This document shows positions 1-13,000 of a stretch of DNA of 64,000 nt, one piece after another. The notes beneath the pieces were generated by a model. That model saw only the letters and a list, made by a program, of their open reading frames with translations, searched no databases and was not told the origin of the DNA. Made by a program: the position numbers and the translations under genes. This stretch comes from Eledone cirrhosa (lineage: Eukaryota). Location of the stretch: the NCBI GenBank assembly GCA_964016885.1, contig OZ024743.1:136586001-136650000 (forward strand), in the 5' to 3' direction. Numbering within the stretch: position 1 is the stretch's first letter; every line of letters starts with the position of its first letter.

Positions 1-401
1 TGCTTGGTGCTTGGTGTTTGGTGTTTGGTGCTAGGTGCTTGGTGCTTGGTGTTTGGTGCTTGCTGCTTGGTGCTTGGTGTTTGGTGTTTGGTGCTTGGTG
101 ATTAGTGTTTGGTGATTGGTGCTTGGGGTTTGGTGTTTGGGGCTTGGTGTTTGGTGCTTAGTGCTTGCTGTTTGGTGTTTGGTGTTTGGTTCTTGGTGCT
201 TGGTGTTTGGTGTTTGGTGTTTGGTGCTTGGTGCTTGGTGCTTGGTGTTTGGTGCTTGGTGCTTGGTGTTTGGTGCTTGGTGCCTGGTGCTTGTTGTTTG
301 GTGTTTGGTGCTTAGTGCTTGGTGTTTGGTGTTTGGTGCTTGGTGCTTGGTGGCTGGTGTTTGGTGCTTGGTGTTTGGAGTTTGGTGCTTGGTGCTTGGT
401 G

Positions 402-847
402 CCTGGTGTTTCGTGCTTGGTGCTTGGTGCTTGGTGTTTGGTGTTTGGTGCTTGGTGTTTGGTGTTTGGTACTTGGTGCTTGGTGCTTGGTGCTTGGTGT
501 TTGGTGCTTGGTGTTTGATGCTGCGTGCTTGGTGTTTGGTGTTTGGTGCTTGGTGCTTGGTGTTTGGTGTTTGGAGCTTGGTGCCTGGTGCTTGTTGCTT
601 GGTGTTTGGCGCTTGGTGCTTGGTTCCTGGTGTTTCGTGCTTGGTGCTTGGTGCTTGGTGTTTGGTGTTTGGTGCTTGGTGTTTGGTGTTTGGTACTTGG
701 TGCTTGGTGCTTGGTGCTTGGTGTTTGGTGCTTGGTGTTTGATGCTGCGTGCTTGGTGTTTGGTGTTTGGTGCTTGGTGCTTGGTGTTTGGTGTTTGGAG
801 CTTGGTGCCTGGTGCTTGTTGCTTGGTGTTTGGCGCTTGGTGCTTGG
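402..847. repeat. Tandem duplication of 224 bp (32 monomers)
   Basis: TGTTTCG at 407/631, GATGCTGCGTG at 517/741 and CGCTTGG at 610/834. Confidence 0.88.
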
Positions 848-3800
848 TGTTTGCTGTTTGGTGCTTGGTGCTTGGTGCTTGGTATCTGGTGTTTGGTGCT
901 TGATGTTTGGTGTTTGGTGCTTGGTGTTTGGTGTTTGGTGCTTGGTGCTTGGTGTTTGGTGCTTGGTGCTTGGTGTTTTGTGTTTGGTGCTTGGTGCTTG
1001 GTGCTTGTTGTTTGGTGCTTGGTGCTTGGTGATTAGTGTTTGGTGCTTGGTGCTTGCGGTTTGGTGTTTGGTGCTTGGGGTTTGGTGCTTGGTGCTTGGT
1101 GCTTGGTGTTTGGTGCTTGGTGCTTGGTGTTTGGTGCTTGGTGCCTGGTGTTTGGTGTTTGGCGTTTGCTGTTTGCTGTTTGGTGTTTGGTGCTTGCTGT
1201 TTGGTGCTTGGTGCATGGTGTTTGGTGTTTGGTGTTTTGTGCTTGGTGCTTGGTGTTTGGTGCTTGGTGCTTGGTGCTGGGTGTTTGGTGCTTGGTGCTT
1301 GGTGTTTGGTGCTTGGTGCTTGGTGCTTGGTGTTTGGTCCTTGGTGCTTGGTACTTGGTATTTGGTGCTTGGGTTTTGGTGTTTGGTGCTTGGTGCTTGG
1401 TGTTTGGTGCTTGGTCTTGGTGCTTGGTGCTTGGTGTTTGGTGATTGCTGCTTGGTGCTTGGTGTTTGGTACTTGGTGCTTGGTGATTAGTGTTTGGTGA
1501 TTGGTGCTTGGGGTTTGCTGTTTGGTGCTTGGTGTTTGGTGCTTGGTGCTTGCTGTTAGGTGTTTGGTGTTTGGTTCTTGGTGCTTGGTGTTTGGTGTTT
1601 GGTGTCTGGTGCTTGGTGCTTGGTGCTTGGTGTTTGGTGCTTGGTGCTTGGTGCTTGGTGTTTGGTGCTGCGTGCTTGGTGTTTGGTGTTTGGTGCTTGG
1701 TGCCTGGTGCTTGTTGTTTAGTGTTTGGTGCTTAGTGCTTGGTGTTTGGTGTTTGGTGCTTGGTGCTTGGTGGCTGGTGCTTGGTGCTTGGTGTTTGGAG
1801 TTTGGTGCTTGGTGCTTGGTGCCTGGTGTTTCGTGCTTGGTGCTTGGTGCTTGGTGTTTGGTGTTTGGGGATTGGTGTTTGGTGTTTGGTGCTGGGTGCA
1901 TGGAGTTTGGTGCTTGGTGCTTAGTGCTTGGTGTTTTGTGTTTGGTGCTTGGTATTTGATGCTTGGTGTGTGGTGCTTGGTGCTTGGTGTTTTGTGTTTG
2001 GTGCTTGGTGCTTGGTGCCTGGTGCTTGGTGCTTGGTGCTTGTTGTTTGGTGCTTGGTGCTTGATGATTAGTGTTTGGTGCTTGGTGCTTGGTGTTTGGT
2101 GCTTGGTGTTTGGTGCTTGGTGCCTGGTGCTTGGTGTTTGGTGTTTGGTGCTTGGTGTTTGGTGCTTGGTGTTTGGTACTTGGTGTTCGGTGCTTGGTGC
2201 TTGGTGCTTGGTGTTTGATGTTTGGTCCGTGGTGCTTGGTGTTTGGTGTTGTGTGCTTGGTGCTTGGTGCTTGCTGTTTGGTTTTTGGTGCTTGGTGTTT
2301 GGTGTTTGCTGTTTGGTGTTTGCTGTTTGGTGTTTGGTGTTTGGTGCTGGCTGTTTGGTGCTTGGTGCTTGGTATTTGGTGTTTGGTGCTTGGTGTTTGG
2401 TGCTTGGTGCTTGGTGCTGGGTGTTTGGTGCTTGGTGCTTGGTGTTTGGTGCTTGGTGCTTGGTGCTTGGTGCTTGGTGTTTGGTGCTTGGTGCTTGGTC
2501 TTTGGTGCTTGGGTTTTGGTGTTTGGTGCTTGGTGCTTGGTGTTTGGTGCTTGGTGCTTGGTGCTTGGTGTTTGGTGCTTGCTGCTTGGTGCTTGGTGTT
2601 TGGTGCTTAGTGCTTGGTGATTAGTGTTTGGTGATTGGTGCTTGGGGTTTGGTGTTTGGGGCTTGGTGTTTGGTGCTTAGTGCTTGATGTTTGGTGTTTG
2701 GTATTTGGTTCTTGGTGCTTGGTGTTTGATGTTTGGTGTTTGGTGGTTGGTGCTTGGTGCTTGGTGTTTGGTGCTTGGTGCTTGGTGCTTGGTGTTTGGT
2801 GCTGCGTGCTTGGTGTTTGGTGTTTGGTGCTTGGTGCCTGGTGCTTGTTGTTTGGTGTTTCGTGCTTAGTGCTTGGTGTTTGGTGTTTGGTGCTTGGTGC
2901 TTGGTGGCTGGTGTTTGGTGCTTGGTGTTTGGAGTTTGGTGCTTGGTGCTTGGTGCCTGGTGTTTCGTGCTTGGTGCTTGGTGCTTGGTGTTTGGTGTTT
3001 GGTGTTTGCTGCTTGGTGTTTGGTGTTTGGTACTTGGTGCTTGGTGCTTGGTGCTTGGTGTTTGGTGCTTGGTGTTTGATGCTGCGTGCTTGGTGTTTGG
3101 TGTTTGGTGCTTGGTGCTTGGTGTTTGGTGTTTGGAGCTTGGTGCCTGGTGCTTGTTGTTTGGTGTTTGGCTCTTGGTGCTTGGTGTTTGGTGTTTGGTG
3201 CTTTGTGCTTGGTGCTTGGTATCTGGTGTTTGGTGCTTGATGTTTGGTGTTTGGTGCTTGGTGTTTGGTGTTTGGTGCTTGGTGCTTGGTGTTTGGTGCT
3301 TGGTGTTTGGTGTTTGGTGTTTGATGCTTGGTGTTTGCTGCTTGGTGCTTGGTGCTTGGTGTTTTGTGTTTGGTGCTTGGTGCTTGGTGCTTGGTGCCTG
3401 GTGCTTGGTGCTTGGTGCTTGTTGTTTGGTGCTTGGTGCTTGGTGATAAGTGTTTGGTGCTTGGTGCTTGCGGCTTGGTGTTTGGTGCTTGGGGTTTGGT
3501 GTTTGGTGCTTGGTGCTTGGTGTTTGGTGCTTGGTGCTTGGTGCTTGGTGTTTGGTGCTTGGTGCTTGGTGTTTGGTGCTTGGTGCTTGGTGTTTGGTGT
3601 TTGGCGTTTGCTGTTTGCTGTTTGGTGTTTGGTGCTTGCTGTTTGGTGCTTGGTGCTTGGTGTTTGGTGTTTGGTGTTTGGTGCTTGGTGCTTGGTGTTT
3701 GGTGCTTGGTGCTTGGTGCTGGGTGTTTGGTGCTTGGTGCTTGGTGTTTGGTGCTTGGTGCTTGGTGCTTGGTGTTTTGTCCTTGGTGCTTGGTGTTTGG

Positions 3801-5399
3801 TGCTTGGTTCTTGGTGCTTGGTGCGTGGTGTTTGGTGATTGCTGCTTGGTGCTTGGTGTTTGGTGCATGGTGCTTGGTGATTAGTGTTTGGTGATTGGTG
3901 CTTGGTGTTTGGTGTTTGGTGCTTTGTGCTTGGTGCTTGGTATCAGGTGTTTGGTGCTTGATGTTTGGTGTTTGGTGCTTGGTGTTTGGTGTTTGGTGCT
4001 TGGTGCTTGGTGTTTGGTGCTTGGTGCTTGCTGTTTGGTGTTTGGTGTTTGGTTCTTGGTGCTTGGTGTTTGGTGTTTGGTGTCTGGTGCTTGGTGCTTG
4101 GTGCTTGGTGTTTGGTGCTTGGTGCTTGGTGCTTGGTGTTTGGTGCTGCGTGCTTGGTGTTTGGTGTTTGGTGCTTGGTGCCTGGTGCTTGTTGTTTGGT
4201 GTTTGGTGCTTAGTGCTTGGTGTTTGGTGTTTGGTGCTTGGTGCTTGGTGGCTGGTGCTTGGTGCTTGGTGTTTGGAGTTTGGTGCTTGGTGCTTGGTGC
4301 CTGGTGTTTCGTGCTTGGTGCTTGGTGCTTGGTGTTTGGTGTTTGGTGCTTGGTGTTTGGTGTTTGGTACTTGGTGCTTGGTGCTTGGTGCTTGGTGTTT
4401 GGTGCTTGGTGTTTGATGCTGCGTGCTTGGTGTTTGGTGTTTGGTGCTTGGTGCTTGGTGTTTGGTGTTTGGAGCTTGGTTCCTGCTGCTTGTTGTTTGG
4501 TGTTTGGTGCTTGGTGCTTGGTGTTTGGTGTTTGGTGCTTGATGCTTGGTGCTTGGTATCTGGTGTTTGGTGCTTGATGTTTGGTGTTTGGTGCTTGGTG
4601 CTTGGTGCTTGGTGTTTGGTGTTTGGTGCTTGGTGCTTGGTGTTTGGTGCTTGGTGTTTGGTGTTTGGTGTTTGATGCTTGGTGTTTGCTGCTTGGTGCT
4701 TGGTGCTTGGTGTTTTGTGTTTGGTGCATGGTGCCTGGTGCCTGGTGCTTGGTGCTTGGTGCTTGTTGTTTGGTGCTTGGTGCTTGGTGATTAGTGTTTG
4801 GTGCTTGGTGCTTGCGGTTTGATGTTTGGTGCTTGGGGTTTGGTGTTTGGTGCTTGGTGCTTGGTGTTTGGTGCTTGGTGCTTGGTGCTTGGTGTTTGAT
4901 GTTTGGTCCTTGGTGCTTGGTGTTTGGTGTTTGGTGCTTGGTGCTTGGTGTTTGGTGTTTGGTGCTTGCTGCTTGCTGCTTGGTGTTTGGTGCTTGGTGA
5001 TTGGTGCTTGGTGTTTTGTGCTTGGTGCTTGGTGTTTGGTGTTTGGTGCTAGGGGCTTGGTGCTTGGTGCTTGGTGTTTAGTGCCTGGTGCTTGCTGTTT
5101 GGTGTTTGGGGCTTGGTGCGTGGGACATAGTATTTGGTGTTTGGTGCTTGGTGTTTGGTGATTGGTGTTTGGTGCTTGGTGTTTGGGGCTTGGTGTTCGG
5201 TGCTTGGTGCTTGGTGCTTGGGGCTTGGTGTTTGGTGTTTGGTGCTTGGTGCTTGGTGTTTGATCTTGGGTCCTTGGTGCTTGGTCTTTGGTGTTTGGTG
5301 CTTGGTGCTTGGTGTTTGGTGCTTGGTGCTTGGTGTTTGGTGTTTGGTGCTTGGTGCTTGGGGCTTGGTGTTTGGTGCTTGGTGCTTGGTGTTTGGTGC

Positions 5400-8300
5400 T
5401 TGGTGCTTGGGGCTTGGTAGTTGGTGCTTGGTGCTTGGTGCCTGGTGTTTGGTGTTTGGTGTTTGGTGCTTGGTGTTTGGTGCTTGGTGCTTGGTGCTGG
5501 GTGGTTGGTGTTTGGTGCTTGGTGCTTGGTGTTTGGTGCTTGGTGCTTGGTGCTTGTTGTTTGGTGCTTGGTGCTTGGTGCTTGGTCTTTGGTGCATGGT
5601 GTTTGGTGTTTGGCGCTTGGTGCTTGGTGCTTGGTGTTTGGTGCTTGGTGCTTGGTGCTTGGTGTTTGGTGCTTGGTTCTTGGTGATTAGTGTTTGTTGC
5701 TTGGTGCTTGGTGTTTGGTGTTTGGTGTTTGCTGTTTGGTGTCTGCTTTTTGGTGTTTGGTGTTTACTGTATGGTGTTTGCTGTTTCGTATTTGGGTTTT
5801 GCTGTTTGGTGTTTGGTGTTTGCTGTTTTGTGTTTGGTGTTTGGTGCTTGGTGCTTGGTGCTTGGTGTTTGGCGTTTGGTGCTTGGAGCTTGGTGTTTGG
5901 TGCTTGGTGCTTGGTGTTTGGTGTTTGGTGCTTGGTGCCTGGTGCTTGTTGTATGGTGTTTGGTGCTTGGTGCTTGGTGTTTGGTGTTTGCTGCTTGGTG
6001 TCTGGTGTTTGGTGCTTGGTGTTTGGTGCTTGGTGCTTGGTGCTTGGTGCTTGGTGTTTGGTGTTTGGTGCTTGGTGCTTGGTGTTTGGTGTTTGGTGCT
6101 GGGTGCATGGAGTTTGGTGCTTGGTGCTTAGTGCTTGGTGTTTGGTGTTTGGTGCTTGGTATTTGGTGTTTGGTGTTTGATGCTTGGTGTGTGGTGCTTG
6201 GTGATTGGTGTTTTGTGTTTGGTGCTTGGTGCTTGGTGCCTGGTGCTTGGTGCTTGGTGCTTGTTGTTTGGTGCTTGGTGCTTGGTGATTAGTGTTTGGT
6301 GCTTGGTCCTTGGGGTTTGCTGTTTGGTGCGTGGAGCTTGGTATTTGGTGCTTGGTGCTTGGTGTTTGGTGTTTGGTGCTTGGGGTTTGGTGTTTGGTGC
6401 TTGGTGCTTGGTGTTTGGTGCTTGGTGCTTGGTGTTTGGTGCTTGGTGCTTTGTGTTTGGTGCTTGGTGTTTGGTGCTTGGTGCTTGGTGCTTGGTGCTT
6501 GGTGTTAGGTGTTTGGTGCTTGGTGATTGGTGTTTGATGTTAGGTTCTTGGTGCTTGGTGTTTGGTGTTTGGTGTTTGGTGCTTGGTACTTGGTGTTTGG
6601 TGTTTGGTGGTTGCTGTTTGGTGTTTGGTGTTTGGTTCTTGGTGCTTGGTGCTTGGTGTTTGGTGCTTGGTGCTTGGTGCTTGGTGCTTGGTGTTTGGTG
6701 CTTGGTGTTTGATGCTGCGTGCTTGGTGTTTGGTGTTTGGTGCTTGGTGCTTGGTGTTTGGTGTTTGGAGCTTGATTCCTGCTGCTTGTTGTTTGGTGTT
6801 TGGTGCTTGGTGCTTGGTGTTTGGTGTTTGGTGCTTGGTGCTTGGTGCTTGGTGTTTGGTGTTTGCTGCTTGGTGTCTGGTGTTTGGTGCTTGGTGTTTG
6901 GTGCTTGGTGCTTGGTGCTTGGTGCTTGGTGTTTGGTGTTTGGTGCTTGGTGCTTGGTGTTTGGTGTTTGGTGCTGGGTGCATGGAGTTTGGTGCTTGGT
7001 GCTTAGTGCTTGGTATTTGGTGTTTGGTGCTTGGTATTTGGTGTTTGGTGTTTGATGCTTGGTGTGTGGTGCTTGGTGATTGGTGTTTTGTGTTTGGTGC
7101 TTGGTGCTTGGTGCCTGGTGCTTGGTGCTTGGTGCTTGTTGTTTGGTGCTTGGTGCTTGGTGATTAGTGTTTGGTGCTTGGTCCTTGGGGTTTGCTGTTT
7201 GGTGCGTGGAGCTTGGTATTTGGTGCTTGGTGCTTGGTGTTTGGTGTTTGGTGCTTGGGGTTTGGTGTTTGGTGCTTGGGGCTTGGTGTTTGGTGCTTGG
7301 TGCTTGGTGTTTGGTGCTTGGTGCTTTGTGTTTGGTGCTTGGTGTTTGGTGCTTGGTGCTTGGTGCTTGGTGCTTGGTGTTAGGTGTTTGGTGCTTGGTG
7401 ATTGGTGTTTGATGTTAGGTTCTTGGTGCTTGGTGTTTGGTGTTTGGTGCTTGGTACTTGGTGTTTGGTGTTTGGTGGTTGCTGCTTGGTGCTTTTTTTT
7501 TGTGTTTGGAGTTTGGTGCTTGGTGTTTGGTGCTTCGGTCTTGGTGCTTGGTGTTTGGTGATTGCTGCTTGTTGCTTGGTGTTTGGTGCTTGGTGCTTGG
7601 TGATTAGTGTTTGGTGATTGGTGCTTGGGGTTTGCTGTTTGGTGCTTGGTGTTTGGTGCTTGGTGCTTGCTGTTTGGTGTTTGGTGTTTGGTTCTTGGTG
7701 CTTGGTGCTTGGTGTTTGGTGCTTGGTGCTTGGTGCTTGGTGCTTGGTGTTTGGTGCTTGGTGTTTGATGCTGCGTGCTTGGTGTTTGGTGTTTGGTGCT
7801 TGGTGCTTGGTGTTTGGTGTTTGGAGCTTGATTCCTGCTGCTTGTTGTTTGGTGTTTGGTGCTTGGTGCTTGGTGTTTGGTGTTTGGTGCTTGGTGCTTG
7901 GTGCTTGGTATCTGGTGTTTGGTGCTTGGTGTTTGGTGTTTGGTGCTTGGTGCTTGGTGTTTGGTGCTTGGTGTTTGGTGTTTGGTCTTTGATGCTTGGT
8001 GTTTGCTGCTTGGTGCTTGGTGCTTGGTGTTTTGTGTTTGGTGCTTGGTGCCTGGTGCCTGGTGCTTGGTGCTTGGTGCTTGTTGTTTGGTGCTTGGTGC
8101 TTGGTGATTAGTGTTTGGTGCTTGGTGCTTGCGGTTTGATGTTTGGTGCTTGGGGTTTGGTGTTTGGTGCTTGGTGCTTGGTGTTTGGTGCTTGGTGCTT
8201 GGTGCTTGGTGTTTGGTGCTTGGTGCTTGGTGTTAGGTGTTTGGTGCTTGGTGCTTGGTGTTTGATGTTTGGTCCTTGGTGCTTGGTGTTTGGTGTTTGG

Positions 8301-10030
8301 TGCTTGGTGCTTGGTGTTTGGTGTTTGGTGCTTGCTGCTTGCTGCTTGGTGTTTGGTGCTTGGTGATTGGTGCTTGGTGTTTTGTGCTTGGTGCTTGGTG
8401 TTTGGTGTTTGGTGCTAGGGGCTTGGTGATTGGTGCTTGGTGTTTGGTGCCTGGTGCTTGCTGTTTGGTTTTTGGTGCTTGGTGCGTGGGACATAGTGTT
8501 TGGTGTTTGGTGCTTGGTGTTTGGTGATTGGTGTTTGGTGCTTGGTGTTTGGGGCTTGGTGTTCGGTGCTTGGTGCTTGGTGCTTGGGGCTTGGTGTTTG
8601 GTGTTTGGTGCTTGGTGCTTGGTGTTTGATCTTGGGTCCTTGGTGCTTGGTCTTTGGTGTTTGGTGCTTGGTGCTTGGTGTTTGGTGCTTGGTGCTTGGT
8701 GTTTGGTGTTTGGTGCTTGGTGCTTGGGGCTTGGTGTTTGGTGCTTGGTGCTTGGTGTTTGGTGCTTGGTGCTTGGGGCTTGGTAGTTGGTGCTTGGTGC
8801 TTGGTGCCTGGTGTTTGGTGTTTGGAGTTTGGTGCTTGGTGTTTGGTGCTTGGTGCTTGGTGCTGGGTGGTTGGTGTTTGGTGCTTGGTGCTTGGTGTTT
8901 GGTGCTTGGTGCTTGGTGCTTGTTGTTTGGTGCTTGGTGCTTGGTGCTTGGTCTTTGGTGCATGGTGTTTGGTGTTTGGCGCTTGGTGCTTGGTGCTTGG
9001 TGTTTGGTGCTTGGTGCTTGGTGCTTGGTGTTTGGTGCTTGGTTCTTGGTGATTAGTGTTTGTTGCTTGGTGCTTGGGGTTTGGTGGTTTGTCCTTGGTG
9101 CTGGGTGTTTGGTGTTTGGTGTTTGGTGTTTGGTGTTTGCTGTTTGGTGTCTGCTTTTTGGTGTTTGGTGTTTGCTGTATGGTGTTTGCTGTTTCGTATT
9201 TGGTTTTTGCTGTTTGGTGTTTGGTGTTTGCTGTTTTGTGTTTGGTGTTTGGTGCTTGGTGCTTGGTGCTTGGTGTTTGGCGTTTGGTGCTTGGAGCTTG
9301 GTGTTTGGTGCTTGGTGCTTGGTGTTTGGTGTTTGGTGCTTGGTGCCTGGTGTTTGTTGTATGGTGTTTGGTGCTTGGTGCTTGGTGTTTGGTGTTTGCT
9401 GCTTGGTGTCTGGTGTTTGGTGCTTGGTGTTTGGTGCTTGGTGCTTGGTGCTTGGTGCTTGGTGTTTGGTGTTTGGTGCTTGGTGCTTGGTGTTTGGTGT
9501 TTGGTGCTGGGTGCATGGAGTTTGGTGCTTGGTGCTTAGTGCTTGGTGTTTGGTGTTTGGTGCTTGGTATTTGGTGTTTGGTGTTTGATGCTTGGTGTGT
9601 GGTGCTCGGTGATTGGTGTTTTGTGTTTGGTGCTTGGTGCTTGGTGCCTGGTGCTTGGTGCTTGGTGCTTGTTGTTTGGTGCTTGGTGCTTGGTGATTAG
9701 TGTTTGGTGCTTGGTCCTTGGGGTTTGCTGTTTGGTGCGTGGAGCTTGGTATTTGGTGCTTGGTGCTTGGTGTTTGGTGTTTGGTGCTTGGGGTTTGGTG
9801 TTTGGTGCTTGGTGCTTGGTGTTTGGTGCTTGGTGCTTGGTGTTTGGTGCTTGGTGCTTTGTGTTTGGTGCTTGGTGTTTGGTGCTTGGTGCTTGGTGCT
9901 TGGTGCTTGGTGTTAGGTGTTTGGTGCTTGGTGATTGGTGTTTGATGTTAGGTTCTTGGTGCTTGGTGTTTGGTGTTTGGTGCTTGGTACTTGGTGTTTG
10001 GTGTTTGGTGGTTGCTGCTTGGTGCTTGGT
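5400..10030. repeat. ~4.6 kb segment duplicated at ~19,690-24,080 (offsets 14,285 / 13,410 / 14,061)
   Basis: ORF pairs 5690/19975, 7010/20420, 7618/21028, 8233/22294 and 9700/23761. The T9 run at 7493 and 20903 and GCTTGATTCCTG are shared. Confidence 0.85.
5990..7480. repeat. Local direct duplication, offset 875 bp (125 monomers)
   Basis: ORF pairs 6135/7010, 6292/7167 and 6527/7402. TGCATGGAG occurs at 6104 and 6979. Confidence 0.85.
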
Positions 10031-13000
10031 GTTTTGTGTTTGGAGTTTGGTGCTTGGTGTTTGGTGCTTCGGTCTTGGTGTTTGGTGTTTGGTGATTGCT
10101 GCTTGTTGCTTGGTGTTTGGTGCTTGGTGCTTGGTGATTAGTGTTTGGTGATTGGTGCTTGGGGTTTGCTGTTTGGTGCTTGGTGTTTGGTGCTTGGTGC
10201 TTGCTGTTTGGTGTTTGGTGTTTGGTTCTTGGTGCTTGGTGTTTGGTGTTTGGTGTCTGGTGCTTGGTGCTTGGTGCTTGGTGTTTGGTGCTTGGTGCTT
10301 GGTGCTTGGTGCTTGGTGTTTGGTGCTTGGTGTTTGATGCTGCGTGCTTGGTGTTTGGTGTTTGGTGCTTGGTGCTTGGTGTTTGGTGTTTGGAGCTTGG
10401 TTCCTGCTGCTTGTTGTTTGGTGTTTGGTGCTTGGTGCTTGGTGTTTGGTGTTTGGTGCTTGGTGCTTGGTGCTTGGTATCTGGTGTTTGGTGCTTGGTG
10501 TTTGGTGTTTGGTGCTTGGTGCTTGGTGTTTGGTGCTTGGTGTTTGGTGTTTGGTGTTTGATGCTTGGTGTTTGCTGCTTGGTGCTTGGTGCTTGGTGTT
10601 TTGTGTTTGGTGCTTGGTGCCTGGTGCCTGGTGCTTGGTGCTTGCTGCTTGTTGTTTGGTGCTTGGTGCTTGGTGATTAGTGTTTGGTGCTTGGTGCTTG
10701 CGGTTTGATGTTTGGTGCTTGGGGTTTGGTGTTTGGTGCTTGGTGTTTGGTGCTTGGTGCTTGGTGCTTGGTGTTTGGTGCTTGGTGCTTGGTGTTAGGT
10801 GTTTGGTGCTTGGTGCTTGGTGTTTGATGTTTGGTCCTTGGTGCTTGGTGTTTGGTGTTTGGTGCTTGGTGCTTGGTGTTTGGTGTTTGGTGCTTGCTGC
10901 TTGCTGCTTGGTGTTTTGTGCTTGGTGCTTGGTGCTTGGTATCTGGTGTTTGGTGCTTGGTGTTTGGTGCTTGGTGCTTGGTGCTTGGTATCTGGTGTTT
11001 GGTGCTTGGTGTTTGGTGTTTGGTGCTTGGTGCTTGGTGTTTGGTGCTTGGTGTTTGGTGTTTGGTGTTTGATGCTTGCTGTTTGCTGCTTGGTGCTTGG
11101 TGCTTGGTGTTTTGTGTTTGGTGCTTGGTGCCTGGTGCCTGGCGCTTGGTGCTTGGTGCTTGTTGTTTGGTGCTTGGTGCTTGGTGATTAGTGTTTGGTG
11201 CTTGGTGCTTGCGGTTTGATGTTTGGTGCTTGGGGTTTGGTGTTTGGTGCTTGGTGCTTGGTGTTTGGTGCTTGGTGCTTGGTGCTTGGTGTTTGGTGCT
11301 TGGTGCTTGGTGTTAGGTGTTTGGTGCTTGGTGCTTGGTGTTTGATGTTTGGTCCTTGGTGCTTGGTGTTTGGTGTTTGGTGCTTGGTGCTTGGTGTTTG
11401 GTGTTTGGTGCTTGCTGCTTGCTGCTTGGTGTTTGGTGCTTGGTGATTGGTGCTTGGTGTTTTGTGCTTGGTGCTTGGTGTTTGGTGTTTGGTGCTAGGG
11501 GCTTGGTGCTTGGTGCTTGGTATTTGGTGCCTGGTGCTTGCTGTTTGGTTTTTGGTGCTTGGTGCGTGGGACATAGTGTTTGGTGTTTGGTGCTTGGTGT
11601 TTGGTGATTGGTGTTTGGTGCTTGGTGTTTGGGGCTTGGTGTTCGGTGCTTGGTGCTTGGTGCTTGGGGCTTGGTGTTTGGTGTTTGGTGCTTGGTGCTT
11701 GGTGTTTGATCTTGGGTCCTTGGTGCTTGGTCTTTGGTGTTTGGTGCTTGGTGCTTGGTGTTTGGTGCTTGGTGCTTGGTGTTTGGTGTTTGGTGGTTGG
11801 TGCTTGGGGCTTGGTGTTTGGTGCTTGGTGCTTGGTGTTTGGTGCTTGGTGCTTGGGGCTTGGTAGTTGGTGCTTGGTGCTTGGTGCCTGGTGTTTGGTG
11901 CTGGGTGGTTGGTGTTTGGTGCTTGGTGCTTGGTGCTTGGTGCTTGTTGTTTGGTGCTTGGTGCTTGGTGCTTGGTCTTTGGTGCATGGTGTTTGGTGTT
12001 TGGCGCTTGGTGCTTGGTGCTTGGTGTTTGGTGCTTGGTGCTTGGTGCTTGGTGTTTGGTGCTTGGTTCTTGGTGATTAGTGTTTGTTGCTTGGTGCTTG
12101 GGGTTTGGTGGTTTGTCCTTGGTGCTTGGTGTTTGGTGTTTGGTGTTTGGTGTCTGCTTTTTGGTGTTTGGTGTTTGCTGTATGGTGTTTGCTGTTTCGT
12201 ATTTGGTTTTTGCTGTTTGGTGTTTGGTGCTTGGTGCCTGGTGCTTGTTGTATGGTGTTTGGTGCTTGGTGCTTGGTGTTTGGTGTTTGCTGCTTGGTGT
12301 CTGGTGTTTGGTGCTTGGTGTTTGGTGTTTGGTGCTTGGTGCTTGGTGCTTGGTGTTTGGTGTTTGGTGCTTGGTGCTTGGTGTTTGGTGTTTGGTGCTG
12401 GGTGCATGGAGTTTGGTGCTTTGTGCTTAGTGCTTGGTGTTTGGTGTTTGGTGCTTGGTATTTGGTGTTTGGTGTTTGATGCTTGGTGTGTGGTGCTTGG
12501 TGCTTGGTGTTTTGTGTTTGGTGCTTGGTGCTTGGTGCCTGGTGCTTGGTGCTTGGTGCTTGTTGTTTGGTGCTTGGTGCTTGGTGATTAGTGTTTGGTG
12601 CTTGGTCCTTGGGGTTTGCTGTTTGGTGCGTGGAGCTTGGTATTTGGTGCTTGGTGCTTGGTGTTTGGTGTTTGGTGCTTGGGGTTTGGTGTTTGGTGCT
12701 TGGTGCTTGGTGTTTGGTGCTTGGTGCTTGGTGTTTGGTGCTTGGTGCTTTGTGTTTGGTGCTTGGTGTTTGGTGCTTGGTGCTTGGTGCTTGGTGCTTG
12801 GTGTTAGGTGTTTGGTGCTTGGTGATTGGTGTTTGATGTTACGTTCTTGGTGCTTGGTGTTTGGTGTTTGGTGCTTGGTACTTGGTGTTTGGTGTTTGGT
12901 GGTTGCTGCTTGGTGCTTGGTGTTTTGTGTTTGGAGTTTGGTGCTTGGTGTTTGGTGCTTCGGTCTTGGTGTTTGGTGTTTGGTGATTGCTGCTTGGTGC

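Noticed and set aside
349-362. GGTGGCTGGTG as an E. coli Chi site (GCTGGTGG)
   Set aside because: The sequence reads GCTGGTGT or GCTGGTGC, not GCTGGTGG. The resemblance is expected from the G/T-rich monomer.
7483-7503. T9 run as a rho-independent terminator (also 20903)
   Set aside because: There is no upstream hairpin, since the strand has almost no A or C to pair, and no gene. It is a mutated pair of monomers.
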